From the IMG/VR virus record IMGVR_UViG_3300032236_001613, positions 1 to 64,000 of that record: 64,000 nt of DNA. One strand, written 5' to 3'. Each line of letters starts with the position of its first letter. Position 1 is the first letter of the stretch. The position numbers and the translations under genes are program-made. Below, piece after piece: positions 51,029 to 58,349 of the stretch. Below the pieces are notes generated by a model. The model was not told the origin of the DNA. It made no database searches and saw only the letters and a list, made by a program, of their open reading frames with translations.

Positions 51029-51397
51029 TTATTCGGGCAGCATCTTTTCCGCTACACGTTTAATTAATTGACGCTGGCTAACAGTTAACTCTAATACTTG
51101 TTTAGCTACATGCGTTTTAGTTGACGAGTTAACTGTAATATACCCTTCTTGATCAACTTCGCCTACCGGCTGCTGTATACTAGGTACTGTTTGATCAGGC
51201 GAACCCGTTTCGAGACTAACTGTATAACGATACTCGGGATTACCTAGATAAGGATAAAGCGCAACATAGAATCTATACTTATTAGGATCTAGACGTCCAA
51301 CTAATAAATGCCCAATACCAGATTTAATAGCTAAGTCAGTAAAATCATGACGTACAATAGCAGAGACATTTTCTCGTAATAATTCTGTTACTCTCAT
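51029..51397 (-). CDS. putative virion-packaged protein
   Basis: MRVTELLRE N-tag. Confidence 0.55.
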   Translation of the reverse strand: MRVTELLRENVSAIVRHDFTDLAIKSGIGHLLVGRLDPNKYRFYVALYPYLGNPEYRYTVSLETGSPDQTVPSIQQPVGEVDQEGYITVNSSTKTHVAKQVLELTVSQRQLIKRVAEKMLPE

Positions 51398-52281
51398 TGT
51401 TTATGCTTCTTACTGTGCACAGCATCCTTCTCTGGCTCACTGTCTACGTCAAAATCAAATCCATGTTTGTCATCAGATCGATCAGGTAATGCTAAGGGTT
51501 CTTCTTCAGTGTCTAAATCAGCTAATCGATTACGCATAGCTTTTACTTGATCAGGACTCATTTGATCAGTCTCTGACTTATCCGATACTCCGGATAATGC
51601 TTTGACTCCTGCTAACTGTGCTAATCTATCTAACCCAAACTCTGCAGCACTGTGCGCTGCTGCCTTTGTAGCAATATCAGCAGCTTGAGGTTCTTGACTA
51701 TCTTTAGGTTCGTCATCTAGTGTACCTGCAACTCTTTGATCTACATAAGATCCTACATCGGTTTCGTCAACTATATTTCCTTCTTCATCTGCGGTAGAAT
51801 CTACGCCATATGTTTGCGGATCGTACTCAAGACTTACAGATTCGAATTTTTTGGTGTTAGGATCTTGATAAGTTAATAAAGCTTCATAGGGATTTTCATC
51901 ACCAAACGATGTGTGTAACCACGGTACTCCACCTTCGCTGACTCCCGTTTCAAAATGTGAACCCCAGGGCATAGTTCCATGCGGCCCGTTACCAATCTCG
52001 GTTACATCATTTACACCAGGTTGCCATTCTTCAAACTCGGGTGCTTCACTATAACTAGAATCCAAATAAAGCGTACCCATATTCTTTACAGTCCAACTAG
52101 TAGCTGCAGCTACTAGTCCATCGATCATTGAACCGGCTTCAACTGCTGAAGCAGCAGCCGCTGTAGCAGCCACAGGCTCCGCAGCAGTACCTACAGGCAA
52201 CTTAGCACCTGTGGCCGCAGCTATTCCTGCTGCTCCTAGACCTTTGAGAAAATCTCTACGGGAAATTTCATATATACGCAT
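51394..52281 (-). CDS. acidic protein with twin-arginine (Tat)-like signal
   Basis: MRIYE-ISRRDFLKGLGAAGIAAA; late promoter. Confidence 0.6.
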   Translation of the reverse strand: MRIYEISRRDFLKGLGAAGIAAATGAKLPVGTAAEPVAATAAAASAVEAGSMIDGLVAAATSWTVKNMGTLYLDSSYSEAPEFEEWQPGVNDVTEIGNGPHGTMPWGSHFETGVSEGGVPWLHTSFGDENPYEALLTYQDPNTKKFESVSLEYDPQTYGVDSTADEEGNIVDETDVGSYVDQRVAGTLDDEPKDSQEPQAADIATKAAAHSAAEFGLDRLAQLAGVKALSGVSDKSETDQMSPDQVKAMRNRLADLDTEEEPLALPDRSDDKHGFDFDVDSEPEKDAVHSKKHKQ

Positions 52282-52366
52282 AATGTTTTATTTACCGGCA
52301 ACACAGACCTTTTCGCGCGAAGCGCCGAGCGCAGATTTTTTTATAACCCCGATAAATACCCAGACA

Positions 52367-52714
52367 ATGCATATCAAAGAACTGGTTACCTTAGACGAAC
52401 ACTGGCTACAAACAGCAGCTCAACAACTACAACCCGAACAACTACGTCAACGTTTACAAAACCTTGAACAATGGTTCTCCGACGAAGGCTCAGCTGCTGC
52501 AGATATGATCGAAACTTATAACGAATGGATACAGGGCACGGCAGATCCAGAATCAGTCCAAATGGCTAATCAACAACTGGTACGCTTGCTAAAATACTTG
52601 GGACTGGCCGGAATCGCTGTACTACCAGGTAGCACTTTCTTACTACCAGTCTTGATTAAAATAGCTCAACATTACGGCATAAAACTAATACCCGACCCTA
52701 TTAAACCACACTAA
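52367..52714 (+). CDS. small protein with hydrophobic C-terminal segment
   Basis: Start MHIKELVTLDE after TAAATA; LGLAGIAVLPG..LLPVLIK. Confidence 0.55.
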   Translation: MHIKELVTLDEHWLQTAAQQLQPEQLRQRLQNLEQWFSDEGSAAADMIETYNEWIQGTADPESVQMANQQLVRLLKYLGLAGIAVLPGSTFLLPVLIKIAQHYGIKLIPDPIKPH

Positions 52715-52758
52715 AATTTGATTGACAATCTTGATTATATTATAGTATATTACAATAT

Positions 52759-52956
52759 ATGATAATACGATATCTGGAAAATCCACATACTGGACTACTT
52801 ACACTGGTACGACACAACGATTTAGATTTAAAATGGGCTAGAAGATTAACTACATTGATTATACACGAGTTTGAACAAAATAGCCCAGAACATACTATGT
52901 TCTTACTACGCAACTTTAATCGACTACATAACAACGACATCGAAGATTGGACTTGA
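52759..52956 (+). CDS. hypothetical protein
   Basis: TTGACA promoter directly upstream. Confidence 0.45.
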   Translation: MIIRYLENPHTGLLTLVRHNDLDLKWARRLTTLIIHEFEQNSPEHTMFLLRNFNRLHNNDIEDWT

Positions 52957-52958
52957 TA

Positions 52959-53237
52959 CTAAAAACTAATACCATTGTCAACAAAATACCCTTCAACAAT
53001 GTTTCGAACTAATTGCGGGTGACAATGCACATACTCACTGCGTACCGTAAACCTGTCCTTTATTATGCTTAATATCCTGCTTTCATGCAACCGATCAGGT
53101 ATACTATACGTTTTTAAAAAATAACAACTGGGGTTGGCTGTCTTATATGCTCTTAGCCTACTACTGGGATTGCCTGTGATTCCTAACTTACAACGGTGCG
53201 GCTTGTCTGGATCTACCATGATATAATAATAAAGCAT
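52959..53237 (-). CDS. GIY-YIG/T5orf172-like protein
   Basis: YYIM...KLGIT.NP..RL..Y.TANP...E..I...EY. Confidence 0.7.
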   Translation of the reverse strand: MLYYYIMVDPDKPHRCKLGITGNPSSRLRAYKTANPSCYFLKTYSIPDRLHESRILSIIKDRFTVRSEYVHCHPQLVRNIVEGYFVDNGISF

Positions 53238-53297
53238 ACGGCTTATTTAATACTAGAATCACTATAACTACCCAAAAAAATTACTGCGCAAAATTTT

Positions 53298-53594
53298 TTA
53301 TGGTGGGAAATTTTTGAATGAGGCAGTTTTGACCCATGCATCAGGCACCATACGATGCTTGCTGACAAATAAATCATGCAATTGATCACCTGTGACATTA
53401 TAACGACGACAGACTTTTTGCATGATTTGATCAATTATGTCATAGTTAAACTTGAGCCCTTGACTGTGTCTGACCCTTAATGCACGCTCTAAAGCAGCTA
53501 CAGCTTTACTGGGATGAGGGGTTCCTGAAACATGTGCAGGCTTCATGGACTGTTGAGAATCAAATAGGTCGATTAAAGATCTTAAGGAACGCAT
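53298..53594 (-). CDS. small late protein
   Basis: TATAAATA-5-ATG; LHDLFVSKH...PD.W. Confidence 0.55.
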   Translation of the reverse strand: MRSLRSLIDLFDSQQSMKPAHVSGTPHPSKAVAALERALRVRHSQGLKFNYDIIDQIMQKVCRRYNVTGDQLHDLFVSKHRMVPDAWVKTASFKNFPP

Positions 53595-53947
53595 ACGAAT
53601 ATTTATATACATTGTAGAGAGGCCTATAGTACACGCAAAAAATTGCGCTGCAAAAAATAAAGACCACGCAGATCTCGGGGCCTGGTGGTTTTACGACCCC
53701 GGGGTATGGTTAGCAAGCCCCAACAGCAGCACAGCACGCAGCTGAGCACTATATACCTCCCGTGGGGTCTATATGCCTCCCACCTGAGCCGGCCGGCACA
53801 GCTGCCCCGGAAAATTTTTTCTTTTAGTTTTCCGAGAAAAAGATAGCTTATTGTGCCGTTGGGAGAGCCTCGCAATAAAAAAGCACGGGCTAGGGTTTTT
53901 GTAATTAGATAATAGTACAGTTGTGCTATATTATATACGCTGTTAGT

Positions 53948-54033
53948 AACCTGTGCATAGTAATATAACTGTAACGCAAATGCTAAGTTATTGTTTTTGT
54001 TAGCATTTTTTTAATTGCGTTACTACACAGGTT
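53948..54033 (+). other. long nested inverted repeat (hairpin/cruciform or structured RNA)
   Basis: AACCTGTG/CACAGGTT, GTAACGCAA/TTGCGTTAC, AAATGCTAA/TTAGCATTT. Confidence 0.7.
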
Positions 54034-54426
54034 CCCGTTAATTAAAAAAGCGCAGTGCAGTTTGTGTGCACGGGGTAGTCCCCGTGTTAATAAAAATACA
54101 CAGTTGCAGTACCTGCAGCAACGCAGTGGGAGGTGCCCCTCGATTACATCAGCTGCTGTGCAGATTTTTTAGTGGGGTCTGGTTGACAGAGTTAACTTAA
54201 CTGTTAAACTTAACATATGCAAACAGCAGCACATACAACACGCAGTCAACAACAGCAGGAGCAGGGTGTGTGCGTGCGCTGCTGGGAGGTCTCTCGCAAA
54301 GCAGTCTTTAAACTGCGCTGTGCGTTACTGGGAGAATCCCGTGTTTGCAAAAGCAGCGCACACGTTTGTGCAATTGGGAGAATCCCTAGTTTGTTGCTGC
54401 TGCACGCAAAAGTGCACCAGTGGGAA

Positions 54427-54515
54427 GATTACAAAAACTTAATCTAATAGTGCTTGCAACTGCTGTTGCCGGCGCTATACTACATAACGTAGCAATAGTG
54501 CTACAGCACGCACAA
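54427..54515 (+). promoter_or_regulatory. early promoter cassette, copy 1
   Basis: GATTACAAAAACTTAAT-10-TTGCAA-16-TATACT-GTAGC/GCTAC hairpin-AGCACGCAC. Confidence 0.75.
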
Positions 54516-54528
54516 TAGGAATCTGTAT

Positions 54529-54816
54529 ATGCCCTCGTATCGTATTCGTTTGCTTGCCAATGGCGAAGTTGAGATTGCTGTCAACAGCCGCCGCGCACGT
54601 GGTCGTGTAGTAGCTGAAAAGACTGTTGAGGTTGAAGAGCCCGCAGCAGCAAAGCGTCAGACCAAAGCAGCGCAAGTGCGCGACAAGATCCGTCAAGTCA
54701 AGCCTGTAATGGGTGATGCTGGGCGCCGCGTTGTTAGCGCATGGGCACGCACAAAGTTGGGTATGAATCCTAGCATGGCTGCTACTTATGTGAAAAACAA
54801 CTGGACCTGCTGCTAG
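54529..54816 (+). CDS. basic early hypothetical protein
   Basis: AGGA SD after cassette; C-terminal LGM...A.TY..N. Confidence 0.7.
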   Translation: MPSYRIRLLANGEVEIAVNSRRARGRVVAEKTVEVEEPAAAKRQTKAAQVRDKIRQVKPVMGDAGRRVVSAWARTKLGMNPSMAATYVKNNWTCC

Positions 54817-55016
54817 TTTACAGCAGAAGAGAGCAGTAGCATTAGTGCTGCTGCTCTCACCAGTTGTATTCTAAGAGTTGGGTTTGGGCCGGCGGGGTTT
54901 GACCCCATAGCAGTTTCTGCAATGCTAAGGCCTTTAGCGGGGTATTCAAGAATAAAGGTTGATCTGTAGATAACTACTGTTATACTAACAGCGTTAAGCA
55001 CGCTAAGGAGTTTGTT

Positions 55017-55127
55017 ATGGCTCGTGTTAAGAAGAATGGGTGCCTAATGGCACGTAAGACCCGACAAGTTAAACATGCCGGATATAAGTGCGCTGCAACT
55101 GGGCGCTGGCGCCGAGGGTTCAAATAA
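55017..55127 (+). CDS. 36-aa Arg/Lys-rich peptide
   Basis: MARVKKNGCLMARKTRQVKHAGYKCAATGRWRRGFK; TAAGGAG SD and promoter upstream. Confidence 0.6.
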   Translation: MARVKKNGCLMARKTRQVKHAGYKCAATGRWRRGFK

Positions 55128-55225
55128 TGGCTAAGGTACGGCGTCCTCGTAATCAACAGCGTGTGTTGCAGCAGCGAATTGCCTGCAGCCGTGTGGGCGG
55201 ATGTCGTCCAAAACGGAGCCGCTAA
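55127..55225 (+). CDS. 32-aa Arg-rich peptide
   Basis: MAKVRRPRNQQRVLQQRIACSRVGGCRPKRSR; TAATG coupling. Confidence 0.55.
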   Translation: MAKVRRPRNQQRVLQQRIACSRVGGCRPKRSR

Positions 55226-55362
55226 TGTTAATCGACGATGAATCCGAAGACTATTACGAGCGTCGTGTGGCTCGTGCTGATGCTGCTTTCGATCTCTTTA
55301 TTGATTGGACTAGTGTTGCAGCCATGATTGGGATCGTGTTATATTTGTTGCTGCGTTGTTAA
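55225..55362 (+). CDS. 45-aa peptide with C-terminal TM helix
   Basis: MLIDDESEDYYERR...VAAMIGIVLYLLLRC; TAATG coupling, GGAG SD. Confidence 0.55.
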   Translation: MLIDDESEDYYERRVARADAAFDLFIDWTSVAAMIGIVLYLLLRC

Positions 55363-55389
55363 ACGTTTTCCTGTGTGTTGTGCATGGTT

Positions 55390-55418
55390 GGGCGGAGTTC
55401 GCATCCGCCCTTTTTTTT
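55390..55418 (+). terminator. intrinsic terminator
   Basis: GGGCGGA-7-TCCGCCC T8. Confidence 0.9.
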
Positions 55419-55540
55419 AGCTGGCTGCGGTCTCGGGGTTCCTCCCACTAACAGCGTTTTGGTATAATACTCCTGCTGCAGTATGTGTTGGGAGGCGCCC
55501 CAGTGTTTAAAATGTTTGTGCGCTATTTTCTTATTGGGAT

Positions 55541-55637
55541 GATTACAAAAGCTTAATGTTAAAGTGCTTGCTTTATTTTTGTGTGTGCTTATAATAGCAA
55601 TTGTAGCAATAAAGCTACGCATAAAATAAGCACGCAC
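55541..55637 (+). promoter_or_regulatory. early promoter cassette, copy 2
   Basis: GATTACAAAAGCTTAAT-10-TTGCTT-16-TATAAT-GTAGC/GCTAC-AGCACGCAC. Confidence 0.7.
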
Positions 55638-55638
55638 T

Positions 55639-55875
55639 ATGTACACATTGGAAGTTAGCTATCCGTTGACGCTGTATTGGAACAGCATTAACGTAGATCG
55701 GGAGATCTCTGAAGCTGTTAATGCTACGAGCACAGGCAGCGGAGCGGGATTTGGGCAACGTGATCTCACGTTCCGCTTTACAACTGCAGAGGCTGCTAAT
55801 GCTGCTGCAGAGCGAGCACGACGTATACACGCTAGCATCTCGTGCAACGTGTCTGCTGACGCTTACTACGCTTAA
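55639..55875 (+). CDS. early hypothetical protein
   Basis: Follows cassette 2; GSGAGFGQRDL.F.F. Confidence 0.65.
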   Translation: MYTLEVSYPLTLYWNSINVDREISEAVNATSTGSGAGFGQRDLTFRFTTAEAANAAAERARRIHASISCNVSADAYYA

Positions 55876-56020
55876 ACAACTGCCTCGTTACGCACAGCTG
55901 AAAATGCTGTGCGTGCAGGCGGGGTCAGAATCCCAGGAAGAAAAAATTGCAAAGCTCGATGCAGGGGTGGGGTCAGATCCCGTGCAAACTTTTACGCAAA
56001 CTTTTGCAAGACAGTGAGAT

Positions 56021-56110
56021 GATTACAAAAACTTAATGCAAAAACAGGTTGCAACTGCTACTAGACTTGCTATGCTACATAACGTAGCGATACTGCTACA
56101 GCACGCACAA
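56021..56110 (+). promoter_or_regulatory. early promoter cassette, copy 3
   Basis: GATTACAAAAACTTAAT-11-TTGCAA-16-TATGCT-ACATAACGTAGC..GCTACAGCACGCACAA. Confidence 0.75.
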
Positions 56111-56120
56111 AGGGTTAGAT

Positions 56121-56423
56121 ATGAACGAGATTGCTAAAGCCCTAATCACACTCGCTAGCGAGATTAAGGAGCAGGCGGGCCCTGTCTCACTGATCTTCCA
56201 TGCAGCAGGAAGTCAGGGCGACTTTGAGACCGCGTTGTACATCTTCAACGACAAGAGTCTCTTCAACGCTACTTACTTCACTGAAGAAGAGCTTGAGAAG
56301 TTTAACCTCATCATGCCCGCTATTGCAGATGGGCTCAACAAGTTGCAGAAGTTTGACGAGCAAATTGCTGCATTAGATGCCGCTAAGTACCACTCAGCAG
56401 ACTATCTCAAAGCAGTTAACTGA
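56121..56423 (+). CDS. early hypothetical protein
   Basis: Follows cassette 3; terminator at about 56435-56466. Confidence 0.7.
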   Translation: MNEIAKALITLASEIKEQAGPVSLIFHAAGSQGDFETALYIFNDKSLFNATYFTEEELEKFNLIMPAIADGLNKLQKFDEQIAALDAAKYHSADYLKAVN

Positions 56424-56631
56424 CACATAGCCGGCGCATAGTAGGGAACTGCTATGCGCTTTTTTGTTGCCGTTAAGAACCCCGCAGAAGGTTTTTACGC
56501 ACATGTATATAAAGTCTCGGGGTAGCCCCAAGGACTGCAGCCGCAAACGTGAACGAGGTCTAGCGGGGTATTTAAAAAGGTTGACGGGCTGTAGTTGTGT
56601 CTGTATGCTTGTGCTGCTAAAGGAGCACGCA

Positions 56632-56739
56632 ATGAACTTTAAGTACTTCGCACCATGGCTTTTTGCATTCATCTTATTACTGTTGGGACACTTTACTGCT
56701 GCTATCTGCATTGCCGTGTTGATCTTGCTCTGCAGCTGA
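56632..56739 (+). CDS. 35-aa hydrophobic membrane peptide
   Basis: MNFKYFAPWLFAFILLLLGHFTAAICIAVLILLCS; TTGACG-17-TATGCT promoter, AAGGAG SD. Confidence 0.6.
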   Translation: MNFKYFAPWLFAFILLLLGHFTAAICIAVLILLCS

Positions 56740-56820
56740 AAAATCTTTGTGAGGCAGAGTTGACAGCGTTGTTGCAACGTGTAAACTACTAATGTAGAAC
56801 TAATAACAAGGATCTCATTT

Positions 56821-57024
56821 ATGCACGCTAAGTTCAAAATTGTAGATCGTAAGACTGGAGTTGTACTCTACGACCAAGTGCACGGAGTCGGTCGCGCCAC
56901 GCACTTGCTGTATGGTGCTCGTGCAAGTAATACGCGAGTGTTCAAGACTGATGAGCGAGGCTCGCGTGAAATTACTCTCAACTTTAATATTTGGCAGCTG
57001 GAAAACGGCTTACGGGAGGCTTAA
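56821..57024 (+). CDS. early hypothetical protein
   Basis: TTGACA promoter at 56761, AAGGA SD. Confidence 0.65.
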   Translation: MHAKFKIVDRKTGVVLYDQVHGVGRATHLLYGARASNTRVFKTDERGSREITLNFNIWQLENGLREA

Positions 57025-57203
57025 TGGCTATGCTACAGCGTTACCGTTGCTCGGGCATTGACGGTATGGACAAGGACCATCAGGGAGATTGGGTTCGTTA
57101 CGAAGACTATCTCTCACTGTTACAGAAGTTGGATGAAATCCGCATAAATCTTCTCCAGCTTCGCGATCCACGTTATCGGGACATCCAAAAGGAATTCAAA
57201 TGA
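57024..57203 (+). CDS. early hypothetical protein
   Basis: TAATG coupling, GGAGG SD; G.WVRYED motif. Confidence 0.6.
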   Translation: MAMLQRYRCSGIDGMDKDHQGDWVRYEDYLSLLQKLDEIRINLLQLRDPRYRDIQKEFK

Positions 57204-57445
57204 AAACCAATGACATTAAGAAAGGTCAGCGTATCCAGCAACGTAATGGCTGGTACGGGACTATGTTTGATGACAAGAAGGGCAACATCCGTTGCGTTGA
57301 AGTTGAAGGTGACTTCAAAGAGATTGGGAGTGTTTACGCACACGAGATTATTCGTGCGCAGGATGCTAACGGTGTTTGGCACACAGTCGAACACACCGAA
57401 GCTCAGATGAAACTTAAGTCCAAGTTGGGTGCCATGGGGTGGTAA
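57200..57445 (+). CDS. early hypothetical protein (SH3-like beta)
   Basis: ATGA overlap, AAGGA SD; IKKG.R...GSVY.H.I. Confidence 0.65.
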   Translation: MKTNDIKKGQRIQQRNGWYGTMFDDKKGNIRCVEVEGDFKEIGSVYAHEIIRAQDANGVWHTVEHTEAQMKLKSKLGAMGW

Positions 57446-57539
57446 CACCTTTGTACAGGTACTGTTGATCTTCACAGTAGACAAAAGGTTGGCGAACTCT
57501 TTATAATAGAGGAGTTCGCTAATCCTATGGAGATCAGAG

Positions 57540-57638
57540 ATGTTTGGTCGTCGAAAGGCTACTGTGCGAAAGGTTCGTTCAACGCCTCGTTCGCGTGCTG
57601 CTTACGGTTCTACTACGACTCGCCGCCGTAAGCGTTAA
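57540..57638 (+). CDS. 32-aa protamine-like Arg-rich peptide
   Basis: MFGRRKATVRKVRSTPRSRAAYGSTTTRRRKR; own promoter, GGAG SD and terminator. Confidence 0.6.
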   Translation: MFGRRKATVRKVRSTPRSRAAYGSTTTRRRKR

Positions 57639-57673
57639 TGATTTTGCGTGCTGCCGCAATGATGCGGCACTTT

Positions 57674-57711
57674 GGGCAATCGTGTTTAGCACCTCGATTG
57701 CCCTTTTTTTT
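57674..57711 (+). terminator. intrinsic terminator
   Basis: GGGCAATCG-12-CGATTGCCC T8. Confidence 0.85.
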
Positions 57712-57856
57712 ATCTGTTGATTCTGCTGCGGGGTATTCCCACTGGCTAAACAATCTACCTATATATACCAGTGCACTATAAGTGAGAACAAGAGCTTAGA
57801 CTGATCTTAATCTACATAAGCCTTACACACCGACGATTTCGTAGTTTTTGGCTTTG

Positions 57857-57993
57857 TAAGTCATTGATTCTAAACACTGCCCCGACATCTAGTAGAGTAG
57901 TTCTGCATACAGCAAACACCGACTCGGGGCAGTTTCGCTACAAGCCGCTGTAGACTATACAGATGAAAACCACTAGGGGTTAAGTCATTGATT
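57857..57993 (-). promoter_or_regulatory. two IHF-consensus sites flanking a 10-bp inverted repeat
   Basis: TAAGTCATTGATT at 57857 and 57981 (reverse complement AATCAATGACTTA = WATCAAN4TTR); ACTGCCCCGA/TCGGGGCAGT between. Confidence 0.6.
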
Positions 57994-58202
57994 TCATTAG
58001 AGTGGAACTACCGATCAAATAGATTAAAAAGATTAGATGATGAAAGAGTTGGTCTTAGTTTTCCGGCCGGGGTTGCCCCGTGATCTAATAATAGCACGGT
58101 TTGGTCGAGATCTGTTTACATTCTTTAAAGACGGGGCCAGGTTGACAGATTTAACTTAACGCATTAATATTGGCGTTGTAAACAATAATTGGAGCAGCTG
58201 AG

Positions 58203-58349
58203 ATGCTGGTTTATGTAGAATTGGCTTTAGTTGTGGCTTATATTGCATGGGTCGCACGGTTGTCGCTGAATGCAATGAAAACGGATGCCAGGGACGAACT
58301 GCGTAAGAGCTTTAAGGAGTTCCGCCGAGCGTTTGAAGATCTGCACTAG
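58203..58349 (+). CDS. 48-aa single-pass membrane peptide
   Basis: MLVYVELALVVAYIAWVARL...; TTGACA promoter, GGAG SD. Confidence 0.55.
   Translation: MLVYVELALVVAYIAWVARLSLNAMKTDARDELRKSFKEFRRAFEDLH

Noticed and set aside
54217-54447. 76-aa ORF after the TTGACA promoter at 54183
   Set aside because: Could be leaderless, but runs through GGG-CCC motifs and the next promoter cassette with low-complexity sequence; not called
54191-58167. CtrA boxes in the TTAACTTAAC promoter spacers
   Set aside because: TTAA half-sites are not separated by the required 7 nt
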